DNA of 64,000 bases, taken from positions 3,768,263 through 3,832,262 of the forward strand of contig JBNZDD010013650.1 of NCBI GenBank assembly GCA_050575255.1, in the 5' to 3' direction. Every line of letters begins with the position of its first letter. Position 1 is the first letter of the stretch. Source of the stretch: Harriotta raleighana. Lineage: Eukaryota. A program made the translations under genes and the position numbers. The notes below the pieces were generated by a model. That model ran no database searches and was not told the DNA's origin. It saw nothing but the letters and a program-made list of their open reading frames with translations. Shown here piece after piece: positions 26,949 through 37,510 of this stretch.

Positions 26949-28530
26949 TATCCAGTGCCCCCAACTCCTCTGCAAAGTATCAGTTGGATTTAGTTCTAAA
27001 ACAACATCTAGTTGAATAGATCCCCTCACTGCCAGAACTCAGAACACTCTGAGGGAATTCACATACGTAGAATGGATGCGTGAATGAGGGACAGAAGAGG
27101 AAATTGGTAGAAATGGGGAATAGATTAACCAATAATAAAACTAAACACGCTATGATGATTGTGACTTTACATCTTTAAAAAAAACTAACTGTACAATTTT
27201 CTAAATATTCCATTGTTTCTAAACATTGTGATTATTCATAATGGTCCTAAAGTTTCTATGAGTCTCAATCAAATACTGTACAGTAGTTCTGACTTTCTCC
27301 GGTATGCATTGCTGCTATGAAGTCCAGTCTGAAGACACTTCTCAGCTGTGGAGCGAAGCTCTACATATGTTGCCAGTCTTTTCTTTCTGACTCTTGTTTC
27401 TGCCCTGCATAGGATTGAGAGAAATATATGTCTGGGAGTTGCATTCCTGTGGAAACAGGTGACTTCCACACATCCTTCTCTGTAATAGAATTGAACCAAA
27501 TGAGAAGCTCTCAGATTCAGGGACTCGGCTTCAACAAATGTGCTTTCTCTTGTTCATCTCTCCTGCCCTCCCTCTCTTATTCTATTTATACAGTACAGAA
27601 TAATAAAGTGAAGAGTGAGTTACTGGCTGGAATCTAATTGATTTCAGGTGGTTTATATATAGAAATAATAAATCCCCGGAATGAGTTTCAAGTTTGAATC
27701 CAGTTGAGAGGTTTTATGATTGTCAGTGAGCGAGTGTTACTTAGGGAGGCACTGTTCCTTCCCACCCAGGGGCCAACTTGTATCAAGTTGATTGGCTGCA
27801 TCTACCTCAATCTGCTAAAAAAATTCTGAATTTTTTGATACAAAGCTTAGAACTGAGCAACAGAGGACCTGGTCAGAACCAAGTGCTGCAATTAGCCTCC
27901 GCTGGCAAGACCTGAGCCTGTGGAGATTAAGGTGCCCTGGGTGGGGCGAGAGATAGAGAATTTATCTTTGCTATATCCAGTTTGCAGATGGCATTTTGTG
28001 AAACAGGGACACCTGCTGTTGATGGAAATGGCAGCTGGATTTGCAGGCAGCAGAAATGTAGCAATTAGCAGTGTATAAATAGCAGAGACTGCTCCCTCTC
28101 TCACACCATTAAGTGTTCCTACCATTTATCTACTTCTAGCTCACACTGTCTGTCCAATTTTATACTGTCACCAGTAAGTAACTATACAATCAAATTTCTT
28201 GCTTAAGGAGATGTTGGGAGGGTTGTGCTGGGAAGGCAGCAGAAGGGGAGAGCAGGTGGACGAGGGAGTGTCAGCAGAGGATGGAGGTGGCAGGGAGGAA
28301 GGGGAATGGTGGGAGTGCTGGGAATAGCAGGGTTAGATGTGAGAACCACCGCAGGATGAGGTTGGGTGGAGTGTGTGGACGGGGGATGAGGGCTGGAGGA
28401 CGAAGTAGGAGGGGAACAAAGTGGGGGTCGGGGGCGGAGAAAGAGGTGGAGGGAGGGCTGAGCCAGGGATGAGGGGAGAGAAATAAAATCAAATTATGCA
28501 ATTTTTTTAAAAAAAAACAAAAGTACAAAC

Positions 28531-28536
28531 TTTATT
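28531..28536 (-). terminator. Probable TFAP4 polyadenylation signal (AATAAA)
   Basis: AATAAA on the minus strand ~545 nt after the stop codon, followed by a U/GU-rich stretch. Confidence 0.6.
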
Positions 28537-29079
28537 TCTTTCTTTGCAAGGCAAATGCCTTTTTTTTTCCCACTTTCTTAACAAAATATAATAGTATCTC
28601 CATGAAGACAAACCATGTCTGAAAAGATGTCACACAGATACAGGGCAGACGATAAAACCAGCAATACACAAAAGAACATTGATTAAAATCAACTACAGCA
28701 AATACATGACGGAGGGGAGAAGAGTTACAATTGCAGGCAGACAGGGAAGGCTGCGCAATCACATGGGAATGGGGGCTTCCTGGACAGCAACAAATTAAGT
28801 GCTCAAAATGTCCCGACCTCCCTCTGTAAAGGAAATGCCAAATGTCTCTCAGAAAGACGAGCAATTCTTTAGCAGGATGGAGGCTCAGTCCATGCAGTCC
28901 TATCAGGCAAGTCCAGCGTTTGTAGTTGCCCCCTCTCTAGGCTGAGATTGTACAGTATTGAAAGGCCCAAATGAGACCTTGATGTGTGCGTACTTTCACA
29001 CAGACACCCCACCCAGATGGAGGAGGGGCCTTGGGGAGGGGGTGTTTGTCTGGCATAATGCCCGCTTGGTCACTGTGTG

Positions 29080-29271
29080 TCAAGGGAGTGCTCTATCAGT
29101 CAGGGTCTTGGCCTCGCTCTGTGCTGTAGGCTTTGTTGGGTTGCTCTCCTCCCGGTCTGACTCAGTGTCAGACTGTGCCAGCTCGGACCATGCCCGGACA
29201 GGTTCAACGATGACAGCGCTCCGTCTCTCCTCTTCCTGTGAGTCTTGTGTCCCTTCAATGTGCTGGATTGC
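29080..29271 (-). CDS. TFAP4: Transcription factor AP-4, exon 7 (last coding exon)
   Basis: AIQHIEGTQDSQEEERRSAVIVEPVR..SDTESD..LP*; caacAG acceptor; TGA at 29082-29080. Confidence 0.95.
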   Translation of the reverse strand, partial: AIQHIEGTQDSQEEERRSAVIVEPVRAWSELAQSDTESDREESNPTKPTAQSEAKTLTDRALP

Positions 29272-29709
29272 CTGTTGTGTAAAAGGGAGAGATATTACTC
29301 CTCTGCACATTAAACCTGTTGTTGTACAATTCCTTAGGGAACCAAGACCTGTTTTTTAGGCACAAAGCCAGATGCCAAGTGTTCAAGAGGGAGAAGTAGG
29401 GAAAAACAGCCACAGCCCAGATATTCTGTCCTTGACAGACATACTTACCTTCCAGCAAGAAAGGAGAGGCAAAATAGTGATCAGGGATTGTAACCCTGAC
29501 CAATAGTTGTCTGTCATTCCCCCCACCCCCACCCCACACACACTCACAGACATTCCAAGGACATTGGAATTGTACAGTGCCTCTGTTATTATCCAATTAA
29601 GATAAGATGAACAATCATGGGCCTACCCATGCTGTGTGGCTCGGTCCTGCACTGAACATTTAACTATACCTCAGACGAGAAGCAAAAGAATAGGATTTCT
29701 GAGACTTAC

Positions 29710-29874
29710 CTGAACTATGGTGTCTAAGTTCTGTCTTGATGTAGTGGAGGTGTTAATCACGGACGCTGCTCCCATGGTCACCACAGCGACATGGTGTGAT
29801 GGTGCTGGGGGTGGAGTCTGCACAATGACTGTGGGATGATGAGTCGATGCTAGGGAGATGTGTGCGGGCAGCAG
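29710..29874 (-). CDS. TFAP4: Transcription factor AP-4, exon 6
   Basis: LLPAHISLASTHHPTVIVQTPPPAPSHHVAVVTMGAASVINTSTTSRQNLDTIVQ; caaAG acceptor, CAG|GTAAGT donor; not in the ORF track. Confidence 0.95.
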
Positions 29875-30589
29875 CTTTGAGACAAAAACAAAAAATACAG
29901 TAATTCAAAGGTAAACATTGGTAAACTGCTAGAGATTATGCAGGTAGATGCTTAACGTCGTAGTTTGGTTCTTGAAAAGTGCAACTTTAAGAGAAACAAC
30001 ATTAAGTTAATACATTTTTCCCATAAGAATGAATGTAAAAACTGGAGTTAGGTTCTTTGGGATATTTTACATCAAAATTTTCTTTTAAAAAAAACCATAA
30101 TACTCGCTCCCTGAATGCCCGATCATCTCATTCACTCGATGCCAGTCTCACTCACTGCCGGCTGGCTCTCTCTTGTTACCGGCCTGCAAATTCCTAGCTC
30201 CGCTGTGCCCTTTTCACCCACGCGAACAATGTAATAGCGAACATCGCAATGTTAAATGACTATATGTTCTCAATGTATCCGCAACAAAATAACATTAAGC
30301 ATGGCAACGTTAAGCGGGGTCTACCTGTAATACAATTAAAATTTACAATTATATAGTGCCTTTCATGTCAGGACATCCCAAGGAGTGCAACAGTCCTAAC
30401 TTGACACCTGAGCTCAGGATGGGAGCTGTAGGGGGTCCAGGGGCAAAAGAGGAAGGTCTTTTGAGACCAAACGTGAAAGAAGTGAGGGAGGGGCCAAGTT
30501 GGAGAGACGTTGGGATGGAGTTTCAGATAGTGAGAACAAAAAGGCTTACTTACTAACTCCAGAAAAATATGTAATCAGGATGGGGCAGC

Positions 30590-30840
30590 ACAAATTTTAT
30601 AATGCAGATTGTGCCTGACCAACCTTGAGGAATTCTTGTAGTAATAGAAAGGATGAAAGAAATGCAGTGAATGTGTTCAAACAATAATGTGATAAGGTAC
30701 CACTATAAACAGGCTTGTGTTAAGATAGTTACATGGAATTACTATGAGAATGTGGCTCATGGGAAGAAAAATGGTTGGAGGGCAGAAAGCAAAGAGTAGT
30801 GGGTAAAGGAAGGTAGTGATTCGTGTTTGCTTGGGTCACT
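30590..30840 (+). mobile_element. Degenerate CR1 reverse-transcriptase fragment in TFAP4 intron 5
   Basis: Fragments CLTNLEEF, DKVP and WLEGRKQRVVG across frameshifts. Confidence 0.6.
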
Positions 30841-30954
30841 CATTTACTATATGGATAAATGATGGCAATTTAGGAAACAATTGAAATCTATACATCCTAA
30901 ATTGGAAGGTTGGGGGTTGCTTGCTGAATTTGAAATGGAGGGGCTGCTCCTGAC

Positions 30955-31089
30955 CTGTGTCTGCAGGTCCTCCTCCAGCGGATCCCCTGCCCGCTGCAAT
31001 CGTGCCTGGTCCTGATGCTGTTGTAACTGCACCTGCTGCGCAATTGCCTTTAGTTTCTCCGGGTACATATGTGCCTCCAGCGCCCGGAC
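30955..31089 (-). CDS. TFAP4: Transcription factor AP-4, exon 5
   Basis: VRALEAHMYPEKLKAIAQQVQLQQHQDQARLQRAGDPLEEDLQTQ; ttgcAG acceptor, CAG|GTCAGG donor. Confidence 0.93.
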
Positions 31090-31682
31090 CTGCAACACAG
31101 ACACAGGTCAGGGGTGGGCCTCCTCAGGCAGGAAACAAGTGTGAGATGTGAGAGGCCCCTTGTACATTGCAAGAAGCCTTCCAGATGTTCACTGTCCTAA
31201 CCAAATGTAGATCTGGGACTCCTCCCCCCCTGATGCTGACACATACAGAATGAGGGTTTCATAGAAACTCTCATTCAACTAAATCCTACAGTATTGGCCA
31301 AAGAGGATATTGTAATATTCTATGTTGGCCACTGGAGGTCATTAGCATCCATGTAGTGTTAGGCGTGAAACCGCAAACAGAACAGTGTAAAGTTTTGTAT
31401 CTTCCAGCCCAATTGCTTCATCAACAACAACAAAATTACTTCTGCATAGCACAGTTCACGTTGGGAGGATGTCCGAAGGCGCTGAAAATCAAAAGTATAA
31501 CAGGCAGAATCATGCAATAGAAAATGTTAAACCCTTCCCATCCCTACACAGAGTTAACAGTAGAGACCGATTGTTACAGTCTGGTATCAGTGTTGGCTGC
31601 TCTACTAGCTCTGTAAACGGCTCCTACCCTGGAAGAGACGCGGCAGGGTAGGCGTGGGGAAGGAAAAAGAGCTCACACTGAC

Positions 31683-31853
31683 CTGTTCCTCCAGCATCAT
31701 TCTTACAGAACGCTCCTTGTCCAGCTGTTGGCGCAATTCAATCATTTCCCTTTTTAGGTCCTCTACTTTCTCATCCTCCCAGACATCAGGGGATCCAATT
31801 CCCTCATCCTTCTCCTCCGCACGTCGTCTCTTGGGGGATGAGCCGCTGTACTC
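31683..31853 (-). CDS. TFAP4: Transcription factor AP-4, exon 4
   Basis: EYSGSSPKRRRAEEKDEGIGSPDVWEDEKVEDLKREMIELRQQLDKERSVRMMLEEQ; canonical splice sites, 171 nt. Confidence 0.97.
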
Positions 31854-32540
31854 CTGCCAGAAACAGACAAACCTCAGCACCTGGTCTGGTCCCAGCTCCT
31901 ATATGAGTCCAGCTTCCGTGTACTGTTAGCCTGCCACTCCTTTAGGTAGTGCTTTATGCTACTGACTATATATCAATTGATGGGAAGCTAGCTTCCTAAC
32001 AATGTCAGCACTTAGTAATTGTCACAATAACAAGACAATCTCTATTCCAGCCTCCTTACAAAATTACACTTGTATAATGCCTTTCACATCAGGAGGACAT
32101 TCCAAGGTGTTGGGTAATGTAATGTTCTTAGGTAATGTACAGCAAACATTAGAACCTCCCTCTACATCCAGAACTCCCAGATGAAGTAGCTCTACTAAGT
32201 CCCAGTCTCCGCTGATATATATGTTATTCAGATCCCTATTCTGCCTTAATTACAACCTCAGTAGAGTGCCCTCTAGTGCTCCATTGTGCACTAGAAAGTT
32301 CAGTATCAATGTTGTTTCAGAATCACAGATTGTCAATGTGAAGAGAGTTTACTCCAGTTAGCCTGGCCTAAGATCTTTAGCTTTTTTCCAATGGATTCAA
32401 GACAGCTTCACTTCTGAACTATCCCAATTTAATCAATTCTCCTTTGGTAATGTCAGGTCCATTTGCACTTGTAATTGCACTCTGCAATTCTTGATGCTCT
32501 GCTACCCCATCTGTTGGTAGCTGCCATGACACTGACTCAC

Positions 32541-32639
32541 CTGAATGAAGCGCTTGAGCTGCGAGTTCTGCTGCAATAATCGTGTCTTTTCCTGTTCCAG
32601 TGAGAAGATGTACTCAGCTGTTTGCTGTAAGATGGCTGC
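32541..32639 (-). CDS. TFAP4: Transcription factor AP-4, exon 3 (helix 2 / leucine zipper)
   Basis: AAILQQTAEYIFSLEQEKTRLLQQNSQLKRFIQ; cacAG acceptor, CAG|GTGAGT donor, 99 nt. Confidence 0.97.
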
Positions 32640-32714
32640 CTGTGGGAATAGAAACATGCCAGTCAATTGGTAGCTCTCTCGCCTCTGGAACCAAAGATTG
32701 TGGTGTCAAATGTA

Positions 32715-33010
32715 TGCTGATCTCCAGTTATCCTTCCTCCCCTACATCCAACACCATTTTCTTCCATCTCCGCCATTTTGCCCTTCTCTGTCAATACCTC
32801 TTGCCAAAAGCTGCCGAAACCTTGGTCCACCTCTTGTCACCTCTTGGATGGACTGCTTCAACACCCTCCTCACCGATCTTCCTTCCTCTACCATCCACAA
32901 AATTCATCTTATACAAAACTCCTTTCTCATCTTCAGGTCATGTCTGAAAACCTTCCTATTCGACCGCGCTTATGGTCACCTTCTCCCTCCCCCTAGCTCA
33001 GTGCCATGTG
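32715..33010 (+). mobile_element. Internally deleted L2 fragment in TFAP4 intron 2
   Basis: FFHLRHFALL..AAETLVH, VTSWMDCFNTLL..IHLIQNS..LKTFLFDRAY. Confidence 0.7.
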
Positions 33011-33294
33011 GTCCCTAGCAGCAGTTATCAGTTTCTGCCACTAATCACTATTCAGAGACCCCACAGGAAGCTTGAACACCAGGTCGTGAAGGGATTAAGC
33101 TCAAGCCCACTTGACCAAACTTACTGTTTAGGTCATATATGGAAGTGCCCTTGGCTGTGGTCAGTGCTGTGGAGCAACAGGAGCTAATGCCAAGAAAAGG
33201 GGAGAAAGCATTGATATACCTTACAAAAACAGACGGCATCACCTGTCTTCATTTAATAAAACATGCTGTTAAATATAAAGCTAGTGGATCTAAC

Positions 33295-33460
33295 CTTACT
33301 GAGCTTCTCGCCATCAGTGTGGGGGATCAATGTTTTCAAAGACTGGAATCCAGCATTGATGCTCTGCATGCGTCGCCGCTCGTTGCTGTTGGCGATTTCT
33401 CTCCGTATTCGTCTCTCCTGGTCTCTCTGGGACTCCTGGGGAAGGGGTATATTTGCCAAA
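33295..33460 (-). CDS. TFAP4: Transcription factor AP-4, exon 2 (basic region / helix 1)
   Basis: SLANIPLPQESQRDQERRIRREIANSNERRRMQSINAGFQSLKTLIPHTDGEKLSK; 166 nt, canonical sites. Confidence 0.97.
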
Positions 33461-34529
33461 CTACAGGAATATAAGATGTGCACAATGTGTAAGCCATAGC
33501 CAGGTGATAATGGACACAATTGATGATTGGAAAGAGATGCGCATGGGTGGATAGGTGGGAGGCAAGGATCAGGTGTGCTGCCACCAAAATAATTGATACT
33601 CACTATCAATACTCACCCATGAATATAGTAGCCACTTAAGTGAGGTACCAAAGGGGTACCTGTGAAATGGTATGCCAATCATAAAATGAAATAAGTGAAA
33701 TGCCTTCAGGAAAGATGCACTTTAAGCAACCTTCCTGATGCCTGGTGGATAAAGCCACTCCTAAGAGTAGAAATAAGCAATTCAGAATCGAATGTTGTAC
33801 ATTTGGTTCAAGATCAGTGCTGAGTTACTAATCTTTATTTGGTGCTATGATTAAAGGGAGGGGAACAGCAAGGTAAAACAACTTTCTGGTCACTAGCCAT
33901 AGATGACTATCCATCATTTTCAATTGAAAATATATGCACATCTGAGTGCAAACATGGCTTACTTGTTTGAGACAACCTTTGCATGTGGAATAATAACTCA
34001 ACCACACACAGTGGGAATGGAGAAAGCACTTATCAGGAACAATCCTGTCCACAATAGGCCAAACAGCAATTACACGCCACATCACAACTGCACAGAAAGA
34101 AAACTCCGAGCCATTTCGTAAGAACCAAGATTGGCAACTTCTTATGTCACTGCACTGCTAAGGTCCCTCTTTGTCACTGCAGCCGGTAAGTGTGTATGCA
34201 GTAAGAGGTCAAGATTACGTTTCCCGTGATTCAATATATCTTGACCTGTCACCGCATGTGTTGGAATTGCATTGAATCACAGGAAATTCTTCTGTGCACG
34301 TGGCAACGGGGCATCTCTATGTTTTCCATTATTCAAAGCCAGTAAGTGCAGGAATAATGGAAGATACCAGTTAGGAAGTGATTCTTCTATTAAAATAGAA
34401 ATAGTGCAAATAAATCTAATTATTTTTGATAGGAAACTGAATGGATTGGGGTGGAGTGCATGTACAACTTAGGCGATTGTACGATTTACAAAAAGACTTA
34501 TGCAAGTGTTACTCTACTTCCATTTGATA

Positions 34530-34870
34530 CATCACCTTAGCACATCATCAAGAAGTGTCAAAGCACTTCACAGGGTTTTACTGTAAAGTGGTGACTATCT
34601 GTAGGTGAACAGGGCAGCCAATCTGCACACATTTCCCCAAATAGCCATGCAGCAAATGACCAATTCTGCTGGGAGGATTGTTAGCCACAACACTTCGAAA
34701 AACTCTCCTCTTTTAGAATAGTGCCTGTGGTCCACCTGAACGAGCATACAAAACCTTGATTTAACATCTCAAACTGTGCATCCAGCATCTGTAATCATCC
34801 CAGCACTGGACTGGTGTGCATTAGCTTAAACAGTGAGTTCAAAGTCTGATATTAGCCTTGAACCTACATT
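34530..34870 (-). mobile_element. DeuSINE-like (SacSINE1/AmnSINE1-related) element
   Basis: Degenerate match to the better copy at 56680-57050. Confidence 0.55.
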
Positions 34871-36226
34871 GACTCAAATATGACCCTAGCTGGCCGAGTG
34901 CTGCAACACAAATAACGAATCAACCTCATCAATGGAACCTGGGTGTCCACTTTATATGGTCCTGCACATGTGTGTAACACTCGTGCACAAACAATTTGTG
35001 TTTATACAAGGCCCTTCACACGAGATGACGTCTCAGAGCACTTAGAAGAACTTGACCAGCTAGGGTCGCAAAGCCACATAAGAGAGAAAAGCATCCTTGA
35101 GATGGATTACAGCAATGAATATCCCAAAATCAAACAGACAATCATTCATTCAAGAGCTCTGGATGATTCACAAACTATGAAGCTATACTGGCTCCAAAAC
35201 CAGCAAAAGGAAAATAAGCAAATACTGACTACCCAGTTACATTTGTGGACATGTTGAGCACTTGTTTGTTCTCCATGGTTGAACAGCCTCACTCTTTAGG
35301 CTTGTACATTTAATAATAATAATCCTTGCATTTGAAATAGCACTTAATGTGTAGGAATCTATATTTTGCTCACAATATATCCTGTGAAGCGGTTTGAGAC
35401 GTCTCAGCAATGTGAAAGGCACCATAACAAATGCAAGGATTACTATTATTTTGTCAGCAATCATGGCAACCAATGTGTGCACAGCAGTTTGTCACCAACA
35501 GCCACAAAGTAAATGAACAATCCTATCTGGGGGGGGGGGGATTGTTGGTTTGGAGAGTTGGAGAATCCCTAGCAGTGTTTATATGAGAGAGGATATTAAA
35601 CAACATCCCCAAACATCTCAACGCAGCTCCACAATCATGTCAAGCCTGTCCCTGCCCTGTGGGTTAGTGAAACTCCTGTTACACTCGGTCTGGGCTGGGC
35701 GCACTGTTAGTGCCAAGAGCGTCTCTATACCAACCAGCCCCCACCATGAGGTTGCAGTCTGAGGGATGAGTGAATGGAAGTTTCCCCCCATAAACACAGA
35801 GCATTGATTGGGGCGTGTTCTCCGTCAGATGTCCCGAAAAGTTGTTTTGCATTTACTCTTTTTTTTAGCAATTTATTGACCTTTTCTGTGTAAGTGCTGG
35901 TGTTTACAGCTCATCACAGCCGCTGACTACAATTTCCTGTGGCTGCGCTCAGATGGACTACAGATCCCGGCAAGCCCGGCCCTGCCTGCCTGGCTCCAGC
36001 TGCGCTGCTGCGGGGAGGCGGAGAGAGGGACAGGCCCGAAGCGCCGCTCGGCCTCAATGATTACCCCCCCCCCCGCGCAGAGCCCCGAGGGTCGGGGTGG
36101 GGGAGAGAGGGGGAGAGGGGGGCCGGGAGGACAGGCAGGAGCCCCTCACCGCCACATCCAACACAACTTGTAAAACATCTTTTAGTAAATTTCACCCACA
36201 ACACACCCTCAGACACTGCCCAGACC

Positions 36227-36421
36227 CACGTGTTGCGCAGCCCGAGTTGGGCTGTGTGTGTGTGGGGGGGGGGGGGACACAGAAGCTCACAGGATTCCCC
36301 CCTTTCTCTCTGGCTGTCTGTGTGAGAGCAGCATGGCTGCCTGAGCGCCCCCCACGTGCGCTGTGTGTGCAGCCTCTCACTCTCACCATTTCACTTCAGA
36401 AACCCCCCAAACATCCACGTG
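36227..36421. promoter_or_regulatory. Cluster of three CCACGTG (MYC/MAX-type) E-boxes in TFAP4 intron 1
   Basis: CACGTG at 36227, 36353 and 36416 inside a CpG-rich region. Confidence 0.65.
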
Positions 36422-36604
36422 TTCCTCCTCCCTCCCGCTAACCCGCAGCCCCCACCGCATCAACGCATGAACCCCCAGCACTGAGCTGCTCTGGAGCAGC
36501 ACAGACACACACACACACACATATAGAAAATGTCTCCATGCAAACAGCAGATGGTGGCGTGCTTGTTACGAGCAAATCTTTTTTTTCCAAAAAAAAGTAC
36601 ACAC

Positions 36605-36693
36605 CTACAGAGACCTCCTATGACTTCTTTCTCACTCTTCCTGAAATCTTGGAATGAAGTCACCTTCTGTGTGGGCACCACGAAATATTCCAT
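36605..36693 (-). CDS. TFAP4: Transcription factor AP-4, exon 1 coding part
   Basis: MEYFVVPTQKVTSFQDFRKSEKEVIGGLC(S); 89 nt, AG|GTGTGT donor. All seven exons join into a 1017-nt frame (338 aa). Confidence 0.96.
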
Positions 36694-36859
36694 TCCTGTA
36701 CCTGCAGTCTTTTATATGTCTATATATCTCTCTCTCTATATATGTGTGCGTGTGTGTATATATAAAGCGCCCCGCATGCATGTACAGCAATCGGTGGAAA
36801 TAAAAAAACAATGTTGTGTGTGTGTGTGTGTGTGTGTTGAGTAGACGCTGTGTGTGTGT

Positions 36860-37510
36860 GTGTGTGTCTCCAGCTGATCAGTGTATCAGATGGTTGTAAA
36901 TGGCGGGAAACAGCTGGTGCTCTCGCAGCACAGCCGCCTCCTTCCGCAGAGACTGGGATTGCATGTCAACAAAGGACTATTCCCCAGCCCGGCTGTGGGA
37001 TCGGAGCCCACAGGAACAGCAGCGAGACCCCCCGTTTGTGTGTGTGTGGGGGGGGGGAGGAATAGGGCTGGGTCTGGGTTTGGTGGAGGAGGGGTGGGGG
37101 GGTGCGGAAGCGATCCGGTTTAAAAGAGACGGACAAGGAAGGGGGGGGGGGAGAAGCAAACAGTAGGGAGATTTGTCAGTTACAATGGGGTGGGGGGGGC
37201 TGTTTCTCCATACGCCACTACGTGTTGTGTGTGGTGAAGCGGCTCATCAGCTGACGGGTTGGCAAAGGCTGCGAGGAACAGCAACAGCTTCTGTGACATT
37301 GGAGCAGCTGAGAGCAGCACAGAGAGACACACAAACACCCCCCCACCCCCCTCCCACCACCACCACCGCTTTAAAGAGACGCCGCTGGGCGGTGCAGATC
37401 CTTCCTCTCTGTACATTTTAAACAATCGCAACATCCTGCATCGGATTTAAATCCTGTATGGGTTTTTTTTTCGAAAAAGTATCTTGTACTCGAGGGACAG
37501 CTGGTTTAGT
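36860..37510 (-). promoter_or_regulatory. TFAP4 5'UTR/promoter region with five CAGCTG E-boxes and an E2F-type site
   Basis: CAGCTG at 36871, 36911, 37248, 37305 and 37498; TGGCGGGAAA at 36901-36910; elevated CpG. Confidence 0.55.

Noticed and set aside
28200-28480. G-rich purine tract and Gly/Arg- or Pro-rich ORFs downstream of TFAP4
   Set aside because: Low-complexity sequence with no coding or splice evidence.
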